Below are positions 44,331 to 58,372 of a DNA stretch of 64,000 nt, piece by piece. The translations under genes and the position numbers were made by a program. Every line of letters starts with the position of its first letter. Within the stretch, counting starts at the first letter, position 1. The stretch is from Anolis carolinensis (lineage: Eukaryota), in assembly GCF_035594765.1 (NCBI RefSeq), contig NC_085842.1:157617036-157681035 (forward strand). Direction: 5' to 3'. The notes beneath the pieces are model-generated. The model was not told the origin of the DNA. It worked only from the letters and a program-made list of their open reading frames with translations, and made no database searches.

Positions 44331-45718
44331 TGGCCCTGTCTTCCCTGTGCTACCCATGTTTCTTCTCCTATAATCATTTAAATTGCCTTTTCTAATTCCC
44401 CTTTGCCTGTCTTTCCCAAGTGAAATTTTGCAGAAAGAGGAACCATTCCTAAGGGCGTGTCTATACTGCAGCATTAACGCAGTCTGAGATCACCTTGACT
44501 GTCATCGCTCTAAACCATGGGCAAACCTTGACTGCCATGGCTCTGCCATGGGCAAACTTAGGCCCTCCAGGTGTTTTGGACTTCTACCGGCTGTTAGGAA
44601 TTGTGGGAGTTGGAGTCCAAAACACCTGGAGCGCCCAAGTTTGCTGATGCCTGCTCTAGACTGTGGAATCGTGGAATTTATAGTTTAATAGCTGCTGGTG
44701 CTAGATATGTTTTAATCATGTGAAAGATTTATAATTGATACATATATGTCTTAATAGTTTTATAATACTGTGTTTTACAGCCATTATTATTGTCTGAATC
44801 TGGCATTGAATTATTACCATAGTTTGTAAGCTGCCCTGAGTCCCCCTTCCTGGGTGACAAGGGTGGGGTATAAGTACAGTAAATAAATAATGATAAATAA
44901 ATAAGGCCCCACCACTCTTTGGCAGAGAAGGCCAAAAACCTTGTAAACCAATAATCTTCATCAATCCATGGCGTTGAGGCATGGCAGTTAAAGTGGTGTT
45001 AATGTGCATTAATTGTACAATGTATATGCAGCCTACTGCCTCTCCCACACAGTCATGTAAACCAGAATATCAAGGCAGAAAATCCCACATTTTCTGCTTT
45101 GAACTGGGATATATGGCAGTGTGGACTCAGATAACCCAGTTCAAAGCAGATATTGTGGGATTTTCTGCCTTGATATTCTGGTTTACATGACTTGTGTGGA
45201 AGGGCCCTAAGTTTGGTTTTTTGGAATGCTGACCAAAAGAAAGGAGCGGGTGGGAGCTGTGGCCTTTGTCAGACTTCAGAAGCCAGGGCATATGCTTCTC
45301 TTGCCACCCATTGCAACCAGGGCCCTGTTTTGTGGGTGTTTAGGAAGTTTGGGGTTCCTGGGGTGGCTAGGCCTTGGCAGGGGCACACTGACCTCTTTTC
45401 CTCTTGACCTCTAAATGGGAAGGCCCTGTCTTCCTCTGGGAGGATCAGTTTATATATAATACAGAGAGACAAGTTTGGTATTTAGGGAAAGGTGCATCCT
45501 GGGTATCTGGTTCCTTTTTTTAGCCTCTGATTGAAGCAGCTAAACTCTTGCCTTGGTGGAAACAGTCGGTGGGACTTTGCTTCCTTTTTGCTTTTCTTTC
45601 GAGTCTCTTCTGTTACTGCCCAGCCTGGTCTCTTGAGGAAGAGGTATGGTGCCTTTATAGTAGGGTGCTATAGTAGGATGACCTCTCTTTCCATGCTACA
45701 GAGGTGGGAAGAGGCTTT

Positions 45719-46215
45719 GGCTGCATCTACATTGTAGAAATAATGTAGTTTGATGCCACTTTCGCTTCCATGTCTCAATGCTGTTGAATCATAGTTGTAA
45801 TGGAGCTGTAGTGGTGCAATGTGTTAAATCCTTTTGCTGGCTGAACTGCTGACCTGAAGGTTGGGTTGCTGACCTGAAGGTTGCTGGTTCAAATCCATGA
45901 GATGAGGTGAGCTCCCATCTGTCAGCTCTAGCTTCTGGGGACATGAGAGAAGCCTCCCAGGTAACACATCCGGGTGTCCTCTGGGTCATGTCTCTGTAGA
46001 TGGCCAATTCTCTCACATCAGAAGCGACTTGCAGTATGTTCTCAAGTCTCTTCTGACACGATAAAAAAGGTGCTGTAGTTTTGTGATTGACCACAACTCT
46101 TCGGAGGAGAAGATAAAGGACTTTGTAAAACTTCAACTCCAATGATTCCATAATATTGAGCCATGGCAGTAAAAGTGCTGTCAAACTGTGTTGATTTGAC
46201 AGTGTAGATGCACCC
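45719..46215. mobile_element. Palindromic MITE with GGGTGCATCTACACT-type TIRs. Family members at ~3845-4040, 4655-4745 (half), 12683-12908, 21440-21661, 25563-25771, 26851-27372, 28034-28218 and 44453-45033
   Basis: Long imperfect inverted arms (..TTTAACTGCCATGGCTCAATGC.. / ..TTGAGCCATGGCAGTTAAAG..). Confidence 0.75.
45802..46068 (+). mobile_element. tRNA-derived SINE with A-tail, nested in a palindromic MITE (related minus-strand fragment at ~16065-16170)
   Basis: A-box-like GTGGTGCAATGTG and B-box-like GGTTCAAATCC; ends CTGACACGATAAAAAA. Confidence 0.75.
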
Positions 46216-47435
46216 ATTGTTCAGCCTGTGCTGCTTCCTCCATAGTTTATGGAGTGGGAATGGGGTGTTTCATCACATTAGGCTAGCTACTAGGATTTCC
46301 AAAAGTGGAAGTGGTCATAAAAATCACTTGAGACGCAAAATCTGTGCAAATCTGCATCCCAGGGCGATGAAACACTGTGGGGTAAAACCGGCCTCCAAGG
46401 ATGTTGCTGTGTCGCCTGACCTGCTTGTAAAATAGCTTCCTCTTCCTTATCTTTCTCTCTTAACTGCAGGCTGGCAGTATTGAAATTGGGGAATGTGTCA
46501 GAGGCATTTAACTCCACCTACCCCATGCCCTGCAGCAAGTAGCATCAGTTGTGGGAAGCATGTTCACTAAAATGGAGATTCTCCTGTTTCTGTTTTGGCC
46601 CTTGTGATTTGTGAATGGCTCTCTGTCTGCCTCCTGCTGAACATTCAGCTGCTACTTTGCTGCTATCTTGCTGGGAAATCTGCCCATGACCTCTCTATAG
46701 GGCAAAGGGCCTCATGACAATTTTATTTGGACTCCAGACTCATGAAAGCTTCATATCGATTGCAAATGCCGGGTCCCAAAAGTGTTTATTTCTAGCTTAT
46801 TTGCCTTTCCCCATTTCTGCTGTGCCACTTCTGTCTCTGACAGATAGTGTTTATTCATTTGGATGGGGAAGTTAAAATTAGGACATACTTAGCTTGTGTC
46901 TGTAACAAAAGCCAGATGAGCTAGACATCTAGTGACCCAAGTAAGCTGTTCAGGGTTTTGCTTCTAATCACCTCTCAAGCACCCTCCCCTTTCCTTTAAC
47001 ATTACTGTCTTTTTTTCCTTTCTGCATTAAAAATGGATTCTTAATGTGCTGCCTGTTCTTGTCTCTTTTAGGACTAATTGCATTTCTGATGCCCCTAATT
47101 CTATTATGAGGGGTGTTTGGGGATTTTCAGCCTTTTCTTTGTTGTTGTCTGCCTTGGACCTGAGACTTGGATTTATGGTAACTGTCCTTGGATTTCCTTG
47201 GCAAGTGAGGGGCAAGTTACTCTATGGCTTAGCTTCTTATGAGGGAAAGAGAGAGTGTAATTTGCTCAAGGACAGCCACTGAACCTTCTTGGAAGAATAA
47301 GGATTCAAATCATGATCTCCCAGAGTATTAGTCCAACATTCACATCACTATATCATGACGCTGGATCCCCTTTTCGTGTGATTGTGAAGAAAATAACTCT
47401 TGTGGGTAGTTTACTGCTCTTGGGCTTTATGTGGT

Positions 47436-47640
47436 ATATTTATTTATCGTGTTAGAAGTGAATTGACGATACTGTTATAATGTATTTAAAAACACAAACA
47501 AAGTTAAAAACTTGGCATTATACTAGATTTTTTTTTTACCAGTAGCTGGCCGCTTGGAGTGCCTCTGATGTCACTGTGAGAAGGTCCTCCATTGTGCATG
47601 TGGCAGGGCTCAGGTTGCAGTGTAGTAAGTAGTAAGTGGT
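47436..47640 (-). mobile_element. Vingi/ingi-like LINE 3' end
   Basis: Minus-strand peptide LLHCNLSPATCTMEDLL..ASYW, followed by a 3'UTR ending ACACGATAAATAAAT. Confidence 0.55.
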
Positions 47641-48014
47641 ATAAATTGATATACTTAAGAGTCCAGGAAATCCATTTAGTTTGCTCAAATTTGAAGTGGT
47701 GATCTGCCAAAGGGTCTTCTTGTGTGTGTGTCTGGCTATAATCTCACTCATTCAGCATTACGTATTTTCCTTTTTTGACAGGTATTTTGTTGTAGCAGTA
47801 TCTACTCAAATTACAGGAACAAGGAGGATTGGCTCTAGTTAGGCCTTTAGATGAACAGGAGGATTTGCCAGGCCTGTTCTTCCAGAACCTTTGATAGTGT
47901 TTCTGAGCCACTTGGAAATACTCATTCAGTTTGTGAACTGTGTCCACTGACAATCTGTTCAGCAGCAGAAGAAATGCTACTAGCGGAACAGATTTTGCAG
48001 CCATCCTGATGTAG

Positions 48015-48200
48015 TGGAGATCAGAGTTTGAGGTCCCACTCAGCCATGAAACCCACTGGGTGACCTTGGTCAAGCTACACACTCTTAGCTTCAAAGAAAG
48101 GCAATTGCAAACCTCAGTTGAATAAATCTTGCCAAGAAACCCCTGGGACATGTTCTCCTTAGGGTCACCGTAGGTTGGAAATGACTTGAATAAACACAAG
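48015..48200 (+). mobile_element. Old squamate SINE (Squam3-like; related fragments near 8150, 11860 and 50650)
   Basis: CAGCCATGAAACCCACTGGGTGACCTTGG..GGGTCACCGTAGGTTGGAAATGACTTGAA; family recognised from memory. Confidence 0.55.
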
Positions 48201-51200
48201 AATAAAACTCTGTTTCAGAGGATTCTCCAGCCCACAACGTAGATGGGATGGAGTGGACATCATTAGGGTTGCAGAGGGAGGAGTGGAAAAGCAATTCCTT
48301 GATAGCTCACCTCTGCTCTTGAAGTATTAGATGTAGCTTAGTTCCATGTGTGTTTACATGATCATATGAATGCCTTGACAAGTATGAAAGAGTGACTCTG
48401 CTTGGTACTGTATTTCTTCAATTTTAAGGTCCCGTTTCATCACAGCCACTCCAGTGACAAGAACAGTCAGCCTTACTTTTCTGTTCTTGTATTGTTGTAG
48501 CTTGTTCCTTCATACAACTCAGAGAAACGTTGGACATGATAATTGAAAAAAGACATACATTTTGTGTAGTGTCAGACTTCAGTATTGAATGCTTATCATT
48601 AAGCATAACAACGTACAATTGGTATATTCAAAATTGTGCGTGGTTTTTAAAGAACTTGCCAGTGTCAAGAGGTTTTATTCAATTTTTAATCTGGTCATTG
48701 TCAGAAATAAGGATTCATTTATTTGGTTGATGGAGGCAGGTGTAGTCATTGTGATCTTCCTGCTGTGTTCTCATGTTCACAAAGATTTATAATATCTTGC
48801 AACCCATTGCCCTGGTTGCAAGACCGGTCTCTACTTACCAGGCTTTTGAATTACAGGTGAAATAAGCAAAAATGAGTGGGGTGTAAGCTTCTGTTCCCTG
48901 AAGCAATAATGGAGGAGGTAAGCACTTACTTACCTAGGGTTTACTTAAGATCATCTTCCTGATCTTGTGATCATAGCCTCTGCTGTAAAGAGTGTGGGAG
49001 AAGCTGTTAGTGTACTTGGATAGCATCTACAGCTAAGTCTACCTCTTGAGCAATCATATACATATATGATTCAGAGATCCACCCAGTCTCATTCAGTACT
49101 TTATGGGTGTACACCCACCATTTGGAGTGAGATGGTTGAAATTGCAGCTTTGCAATTTTCTCCCACAAATTTGGGTTATTACTCTTCCATTAACAATCCA
49201 GGCTTCACTGTTTTTTACAAGAAAAAAGGGTGAATTTTGAGTTAATACTATTGGTCTGCGGCTCAAAACAGGTAACACAAATTTCTTTATTACTCCTCAC
49301 CTGTGGACATTTTTTCTGTGTGGTTTGTTTAGCTCCTAGGAGCCAGTATTTGAAAGGGGAAATCAGTCAGGAATCAACCAAGTAGGTTTGTGAGCACATG
49401 CTGCAGCATAATCTCATAGTGGTCTCTCCAGCTGTTTGACTCTGGAGTTCAACATGAAACAGGTTTGACTGCTGCTTTATTTATTGTAAACTTCAAGGCA
49501 CAGTGGTATCTGTGTTCTGTGACTGTGGCAGACCTTGGCTGGAAGATCAAAGGTATGCTTTTACTAGGCCAAATAAGGATCTTCACTATTGGTATAGCAT
49601 TGTTTCTTCCAACAAACTAACAAAAATCAGACCTTCACTGTAACTCAAACTAACAAAATTGCTCTGGAGATCCTTCTATATTTATGGCATTTCTATATTG
49701 TGTATCTTTAATTCTCTAAGATGCCTTTTATGTCTATATCAAAAAAGTGGAGTAAAAAATAATAAACCCAAAGTAAACAAAACTACACAGTTTTGTAAAA
49801 CTCATATCTCTTTCCATGGTGTGAAAGTGAAAAGTTTCTGCATATTCTATTTAAATATCAACATGTAGTCAAAATGTATTGTCACAGCCAGGTAAGATTG
49901 ACTTCAAGCAAGTTGAGATTTGTGGGACACAACTGATTGCTTTGATTTTGTATTTTTAGGAGACTCTTCCTGTTGATTGATAGTTGCCCTGTTAGATGTT
50001 ATAGGAACCTTTTACAGAATTTGTGTCTGATTTCATCTTGGATCAAACAGGTTTGTAATCTGGATCTGCTGAAATCTTCATTTAGTGGGACTGCTGTTGC
50101 CAATGACACTAAAGGTATCTTAGGATAAGCACAGTCATGGCATAAGCAGTAGAATGTTGTTTGATTTGGCATCCTTTAAATGAAAGGCAGCTCCACATTA
50201 GCACTGTAGGAAAGTGCTATGATGAGAGAATTGTGCAGCAGTGAAACTCCAAGGTGACTCCTCTGACTCATGGGGGTTCCTCCTGTGGAGAGTTAACAGT
50301 CTTGTTGAAATGTGCCTAGTAAAGTGGCCAGTGACTGAATTGCACCATCTGGATGTCGATAACAGGGTTGAAATGACATGGAAATGTTTCATTGGCCTTG
50401 TCACTGTAACTGTGCTTACTGTTGACTGAAGAGATTCATGTGATCCTAAACATTAAGATTTGCTAATAAGAGCAGGGCTAGGAATCAGGACATTTTCCAC
50501 ATCTTTTTGGACTGCAGCTCTTCACCACTAGCTATGCTGGTTAAGGCTGCTGGGATTAGCAGTCCAATCACACCTGGAAGACTACATGATTCCCGCTCTT
50601 CAGAATTTTTTCCAAGTAATCTGGCATGATATGACTGCGTTTATGCATATATGTGTAGCTTCAAGTCACTTGTTGATTTATGACGACCTCATGAATTTTG
50701 CAGGGTTTTCTTAGGAAAGGAGTACCTAGAAGTGATTTTGCCAGTTCCTTCCTCTGAAATATAGCCTACAGTACTTGGTGTTTGCTTGCAGTCTCCCATC
50801 CAGACAGTAGCCAGGGCTGATCCTTTTTATCTTCCAAGATCAGGTGAAACTGGCACCCCCTAAGGTATTTAGCCCAGGTTGACCTGAGGAAATAACCTAA
50901 GTAGGGGAGTTTGTCTGCACTTTATGGGTTTGAGAAGAAGGTAACCAAAAGGTTAGGTTGCAGAGGTTAGATGCACACTCTGTGTCACAGCATTTCCATT
51001 TGCTTGTACCTTAAACAGATTTGTCTTTGAATCTCTTAAGTGGATTTGACTCCTGCTGGTAGGTTAATACAGAAAGGCAACATTATCTTTGATCATGTCT
51101 TTACCTGCTATCTTTCTTGCAAGGGCAAGGTGTGACATTTATTTACACTGTTATTCTAGCTTCTTTTAGGAATTGCATGCCAAGAGGGTACTAGGGCTCC

Positions 51201-52087
51201 TAAAATGTATTTAATTCTGATATTACGAAAACAGAGCTCCTGATGAGCCTTCTGCCTTATTAGAAGCCTTCTGTGTAAAACCTAGGAAAGCTATTTTTTC
51301 TTGGACTACATACAACTTCGTGGATGTTCAGTGAAGGACAGAGGACTAGTCAGGGAAGGGAGATACTAAACGTAAACGATTGGCAGTAGATGTTGCCAGT
51401 CAGTGCAGAGTGACAGTTTAATACTTAGACGCTGCAGTATAATTTGCTGTACTTCCATATGTGGTTGGCTGCAACAGCCAGTGTTGTTATTTGGGGTTTT
51501 TCACTCTGGTGATTCTAAGGAGGGAGCACACTTCACGAAGCTTCCTGGAAGGGAAAAGGAAGACTGGGACCAGTTGCCTTTGCCAAAGGGAATGCTGGTC
51601 ATTGCAGAAGATGCCTAGGAATATGTGTCACTCATACAGTCCTGTTCTTGGCCTTCTGCAGTTCAGCAACTGCAGATATTAATGCACTCGGACTAAAAGA
51701 AAAGGTGATAATTGGCATGATGGTTTTGCGCCCATGTGATGATGTTTTTAATCAGTCTGTGTACTGTACAGGTGTCCCCTGTAATTTGATCTTTATTCTG
51801 TGTTTTTAAGGGGCTCTGAGGAGGCAGTGGTCACTGCTAACCTTGTCGAGGCCTGAATTTTCATCTCCCTAGCTGATTAGCAAACCCAATGTAACCCAGA
51901 CACTCCTTACTGTATTCCTCAGCTGGCCTCTTCAGTTTAAAGGTAGTTTGTGCTCTCTTTTTATACACATCCTTTTAAACATTCTTTTATTAGGATTTTT
52001 AAATACTGCATAAAGAATATTAACTATGTAAAAGTAACTGCAGTTTCTGATTTGCCAGATCAGCAGATTTCATCCATGACTTTACAG

Positions 52088-52222
52088 CAGTGTTCTCAAC
52101 CTGTGGGTCCCCTGGTGTTTTGGCCTACAACTCACAGAAATCCCAGCCAGTATGCCAGCTTATTAGGATTTCTGGGTGTTGAAGGCAAAAATATCTGGGG
52201 ACCCACAGGTTGAGAACCACTG
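52088..52222. mobile_element. 135-bp hAT MITE
   Basis: Perfect TSD CTTTACAG. Confidence 0.9.
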
Positions 52223-52799
52223 CTTTACAGAATACCCTCAAAAATACAATGAAGGTCCCATACCATTTGCCAAAAAAAAAAAAGGGGGGGGGGAGACAAT
52301 GTTGATTTTAAGAATGTGATACATTTCTTTTCTCAAAAAACTGGAGGAGTGATCTATAATGCAGGCTCCATTTCCCTTTTATCAACTGATAGATTTCTTT
52401 AATTTGCTTCAAGGACAGAGTTTGCATCTTTATAATTCTAAAGCACTGTGCCAATACCTCAAAGGGTAAGAATACGTCATACATAAGAATAGATACCTTT
52501 CCATAAAAATATTTTGGAATGTTTCTTGACGTTTGTTCTTCAGTGTGCACAGCATCCTTTAAAAATTATTTTAAAACTCCACTGGATGGGTATGGGTGTA
52601 TTTGCATCTGTTGACATCTGTGGTGGTCATTTGGTATAAATTCTGTCTTGATAAGACAAATGAGAAATGCTTCGTACCCATTGTGCTGTTTTTGTCCTTC
52701 CAGATTTGAGGGAAAATTGAGCCTTTATTACTAAATTCTTTCATCTAAAATCTGCTGATAGGTTTGTCTCAACTATGTAATATGCTGACATTACATAGC

Positions 52800-53253
52800 G
52801 CCGGGCTGTGGCGCAGCTGTTGAGCAGCTGCCTTAAATCACTCTGACCATGAGGTCATGAGTTCGAGGCCAGCCCGTGGCGGGGTGAGCACCCGTCAATT
52901 AAAAATAAAAAATAGCCCCTGCTCGTTGCTGACCTAGCAACCCGAAAGATAGTTGCATCTATCAAGTAGGAGATAAGGTACCACTAAAAGTGGGGAGGCA
53001 AGATTAACTAATTTACGACCTGGAATGAGGAAGTGCCGTCAGTGTGGATGATGAAGCAGCTGCTCCCCCCTGTGGCCAGAATCGAACATCCCCTCAGAAG
53101 AACGTTAACTTGCCTCTGTGTGTGTCTCTCAGTCTCTGTTTGATGTGTTTATGGGCATTGAATGTTTGCCCTTTGTGTGTTATAATGTGATCCGCCCTGA
53201 GTCCCCTTCGGGGTGAGAAGGGCGGAATATAAATACTGTAAATAAATAAATAA
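52800..53253 (+). mobile_element. Full-length, CpG-rich tRNA-derived SINE with L2-type 3' tail (Anolis SINE2-like)
   Basis: A-box TGGCGCAGCTG and B-box GAGTTCGAGGC; 3' end CCGCCCTGAGTCCCCTTCGGGG..(TAAA)n. Confidence 0.8.
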
Positions 53254-55716
53254 TAGTCACTATGTTTTTATCTGAGGAAAATACGTTTTTAATATTGTAT
53301 GCCATCTGGTAATAACGGGCACCTTGGAAGTGTTCGTAAGAAATTAATTTAGTAAGCAATCACTGACATCCCCTTCTATAGTATAAGTAAGTACATGCCT
53401 TGGGCAATGAAGAGGAAGAAGCAGGTTTCCAGAACACATAGGCAATTTTTAAGACAGGAGGAAACAACCTATTTGGTGGTGAAGCTCATGTTTCTTCCAG
53501 TGCTTTCAAACAGCATTCAAAATGGATACCTAGTACAGTTAAGTGATTGCTTGAGGAGTTGGGACAGAGATTTAATACCATGGAAAGGAAACATTTTGGA
53601 CTGCAATTCCCAGAATCCCCCCCTTTGATATGACCATAGTCGTACTCCTTGTGATCTAGCAATCAGTGGGAGAAATCCTGAAGAGAGGTTCCCTGCTTTG
53701 CGTCTAAATTATCTATGATTTACATTAGCAGCCAGACTTTGTTCTTAATAATTGTACCAGTGGGCAATATGTGTAATGGTAGAATAGGTCTGTGACAAAT
53801 ATGTGGCATAGCGTGAACTGTTCTTGTTCAATGCAGTTTTTGGTTCAAGTAACAATTCTACAGGTCCAGCTTCTGGTATATTGGAAAAGCAAATGTGAAA
53901 CAGGTACAATTAATTGGAAAAGCTTTGAAGTCAGAGTTGGGTCTGTTGCTACATGCATGCATACACATTTAATGCTGGGCTTTTTCTGCTTCCATTGTAG
54001 AAAATCCTGAAAGTAAATACAGCTGGAAGTCATTTCCTGCATTTGAAACTATCTGAATATTTATCTATGTCGCTGGCTCCCAGGAATCTTTCCTCCACTG
54101 CCCTATTTGTGATTTTTGTGGTGCTTTTTCAGTATGAGGATAGTATGTATTCTCTCTTATTTTTTTATTTAAAAAGGAGTAGTCACGTCAATGAATGTAT
54201 TGGGGCTTGAATCCTCCATTTCTAGTCCAAAGCCTAGTTTTTTGTCTTGAATACTTTGGAGAAACACTAGAAAGAACAGAAAGAGGCTACTCCAGTGTGT
54301 GGGACTTTTGTTCTACTTGTAGGGAGGTTGGCTGCCTTTACAGCAGAGTTTTCAGAACTGTGTGTCAGGACACACTTGGTGTTTTAGCTGCGGTCTGTAT
54401 GTGTGCCATGCAAATACAATGAGAAATGACAAAAATCATGGAAACGTGATTATTTTATTAATCATATTTTTGTAAAAATATATAAATGAAAAGTCTTAAT
54501 GAGGTGTGTTTTGTCTCCATATATTTTGTTATTACAATTTGTGTATGTGTTTGAATCTCTTATAAGGGATTGGCCTAACCTCCAGTTTGCTAGTAAAACT
54601 CAATTGCTGTGCTGCAAGATGATGCATATCTAAAAGTGTCTTACCAACATAAAATGTTTGGAAAGCTCTGATTTACAAAATGGGGTGGCAAAGTGGGAGG
54701 AACCGTTAGCCTTTAGTTGCTATTCCTTGTGGTCATTGTCCAGGCTGCTTGAGGCTGCCAGGCCTGCAGGTGCCCTTAAAGCTGTATGGGTGCTGTGGGT
54801 TGAAGTGCTTTGGTCTCCCAGACACACATGTTCCCCCATGTTTTGAACACTCTTTTCCAGCAAGATTGCGTATGTAGGTCAACTTGCTGAATCTTAGTAG
54901 AGCACACTCAGTGGGATTCATACATATTGATTTATAATCCCATGGTTGGTTCAGAGGACCTAACAATTTAGGCTCAAGTGTCATCTTTGCCTTCTCTTTC
55001 AAACTTAAATATATTACTCCTGTGTGTTATACTTCAGGTTTACACATTCAGTTTATTTCAGCCTGCTAGGAATTGAAAAAAGAAAAAAAGAGCAAATGAA
55101 CAGGAGATGGAGAAAGCATTTATACAGAGTGCTGTGTGTTATATAGTAGGTGTATTAGATTGAGGGGGGAAATCATAAACTGCTCCCTTTCAAATGTTTT
55201 CAGTAAGCACATATAGTGGCTCATTAACCAAACTCAATTTGTTTGCACAGTGGCTTTCTTATGCCACAATTTATCTCAAGCCAAAGATTGAAGCACTTCA
55301 GAGGAAGACAAAGCCATCAGAGTAGATGAGAGAGAGAAGGAGGGAGGGAGAGCAAAACAAGAAAAAAAAGAAAGAAAAGAAAAAAGAGACCATAATGTAC
55401 TTGAGGAGATGTCTTGTGGTACAAACAGGCTTCTGTAACTGTGTCACACAGTGTACCCTCTCTTTTACTGTTCTAGTATTGGACTTAGCTCTGTGTTGTT
55501 GTCTGGCTTCCAGCGGCTGGCATGGTCTTTTTTATTGTCTAGTATTCCTAAGCCTCTGAAATGAATTTCTGCTGACACATGGAGTGCCTCCTCTATTCCT
55601 GTCTCTCTTCAAATGTGTAAATGTTTGTTGTGGGTTTATTTATGAGGTCTCTAAAAATGGAATGACTGCTAAGTTGGTTACACTTTGACTAGACATTTTC
55701 TTTTAGGTAAGCAATA

Positions 55717-56024
55717 CAGTAGAGTCTCACTTATCCAACATAAACGGGCCGGCAGAACGTTGGATAAGCGAATATGTTGGATAATAAGGAGAGATTAAGA
55801 AAAAGCCTATTAAACATCAAAATAGGTTATGATTTTACAAATTAAGCACCAAAACATCATGTTATACAACAAATTTGACAGAAAAAGTAGTTCATTACAC
55901 ATTAATGCTATGTAGTAATTACTGTATTTACGAATTTAGCACCAAAATATCACAATGCATTGAAAACATTGACTACAAAAATGTGTTGGATAATCCAGAA
56001 CGTTGGATAAGTGAGACTCTACTG
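55717..56024. mobile_element. Tigger-like MITE
   Basis: Near-identical to 28591-28899; TA TSD. Confidence 0.88.
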
Positions 56025-58029
56025 TACCTTGTGTGTGTGTGTGAAAGTGGTGGAAAGTAGAAACATTTTGTAGGACTGGTCCTCCTTAAAAAACAAACAA
56101 ACTAGCATCTAGCCAAGAATTTGTACATGTGCATAGGTCTGTATCCAACACATGTGATTGCTCTAGGTCCATATTAGCCTTGGGAAGATTAGGTGAAAAA
56201 AGAAGTAATGTGAAAAGTACCCAGGCTTCCTGACCCACTAAAGACATCAGAATAATATCATGTTAACGTAAAATTTACTTGCCATATTTTGTAATTTGGT
56301 GGCTAATAAAAAGTTATTTTCAGGATTTGGATGGAAACTTGGTGTGGAGCCTGTTTGGACCCTCATAGTGGGTGGCATGGAATGGCCTTGAGAGACTTTG
56401 GTACCATACAGTCTCTCTTGTACTATGAAACACGCTTTTAATAGGGCAGCTTCACCTTTCTCTTGTGATAAGTTTACTTGCATGGAGAGTTAGTTTAAAT
56501 GGTTTTGCCAAATCTGTCTGTAATAATTGACTTTATAAATTGCTTTTATGTGGTTGCTAATTATGGCTGTAACAGTGATTGTAATGATCAGGGGTATGGG
56601 GAGAAATATGAGGATAAGAAAATAATTTAGAAAGAAGGAATCTTCTGTCTATCTCACAATAGACAGTCATCCTGTGCTGCTGTCTCGCTGTAATGTAATA
56701 AATGCTGCTAGATCTCAGTGCCTTGTATTGTGGCCAGTGCAACCACTTAGCAGAATGGCTGGAGAACTGTTTGCAAAGGTAGCTTCGTGAAAGAGCCATA
56801 TTTCAATTGAACACCATTTGGAATCTTAACATGGTCCTTTAAAAAGCTCTTGAGATTAGCTTTGACTTGGTGCTCCTGACTCCTAATAAAACTGCATTAG
56901 TGGATCTAATAAAGGGATGAGCAACTTTTGCAGATCAGGGAAGGTCATTTTACTTCCCTTCAACTTTATGGTAGATATACAGAGTTGCCTGTAATTGTGC
57001 TTAAGTTTGACAGGAAGAAAAGCAGTGCTGCTTCCACTTGAAAGAAAACAAATTAGTTAAAGCACGTAGCTCTTTGTACACCATCTGCTGAAGTATCAAT
57101 GTTTCTGGGGCTGCAAATGTACTGGCTAACAATGCTGAATTAGCTCTGTAAAAGGGCATCTGTAGGTTCCTAATTCAGAAATCTATGCTAGCCCACCTGC
57201 TCCAATATCTGTGCATACTGATATTACCTTTGTGTCAATATTAGAGGCAGTTTTAACTTGTCCTGGTCTTCCAAGTTAATGGCTATTTACAAGTCTCCTA
57301 GAGTTCAGCTTCTTAATGGGAGAGTTTTATTGGATACACAGATAGCAAATCCTGAAGTGCTTCTTAAAAATTAATTTGGTACACTGAATTGCTCCCAGAG
57401 AGGAAATTACACTATATTAGTGCTAGTGTAGAACTGTAGATCAAATTACTACCATCCCACTTAGACACCTACCTAGCTGTTATTCTAAAATAATTGAAAC
57501 TTGTTTGATCCTCCAAATAGCATATTCTGAAAACAGCTCAGATATCTGCCTGCAAATAAGGTATGTGATGACCGTTTTTAGTGTATCTTCCACTGAATAT
57601 TTGTGTGTCTTCCAAGCTCTTTCTGAAGTTCAGAGGAGAGAAGAAAAACTTGTTGCCTAGATACTGCTCTGGAAGCACACCACTTGTTCTAAGGCATCCT
57701 CTGTTTGCTTTGAACATTGACCGAGTTTTTGATTATTTACTCTGGGAATAAAGCCATTTCCTTTCCCAAGCGGAAGCTAAGCCGTATTGCAGCCTTTGTT
57801 GATACAATCTCAGTTGTTGGATTCTGTAGTAGTCCTAAGTCAGAACCTGGAATATTAGTCTGGGGTGCATCATATGCCAGTAACAACATGCCTGCTGTCC
57901 TCTTCCCCTCACATAGATGTACTGTGCCTTCAAATAATTTCTGAGTTATGGTGGTCCTAAGATAAACCTTTTTATAGCATTTCTGGGGCTTAGTTGTTGC
58001 TGGATTGATCTATCTGTCCATTCCATAAT

Positions 58030-58329
58030 AGTCCCATTGTTGTTGTCTTGCCATTTTATACCGCACTTTATTGTACAATTGTGAAATTTCCTTTTCCCAT
58101 TTCGTAACACTCTGCATTTCGCCTGGGATCTACGAATTAGTCTCCTGTTTTTAACATTGTATCCTGCTTGTTGATTTTAATGATTGTTTTTATTGATGTT
58201 GGTGTTTTTTACTGGGATAATTGTTTTATTGCTTTGTTACTGTTATTTGTTTGTTTTATCGGGCCAGGCCCCATGTAAGCCGCCCCGAGTCACTTCGGGG
58301 AGATGGGGCGGGGTATAAAAATAAAGTTG

Positions 58330-58370
<41 letters not shown>
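58030..58370 (+). mobile_element. L2 LINE 3' end with (ATT)n tail (similar L2 end at ~44700-44900)
   Basis: GTAAGCCGCCCCGAGTC..GGGGAGATGGGGCGGGGTATAAAAATAAA followed by a microsatellite. Confidence 0.65.

Positions 58371-58372
<2 letters not shown>

Noticed and set aside
52800-52890. tRNA gene
   Set aside because: A/B boxes belong to a SINE head; no complete cloverleaf. The same applies at ~5200, 5530 and 45810.
53975-54100. Possible CS exon 2 after the acceptor-like ttgtag at 54000
   Set aside because: The translation does not resemble CS exon 2 (NASCLVLAARHAS-like).
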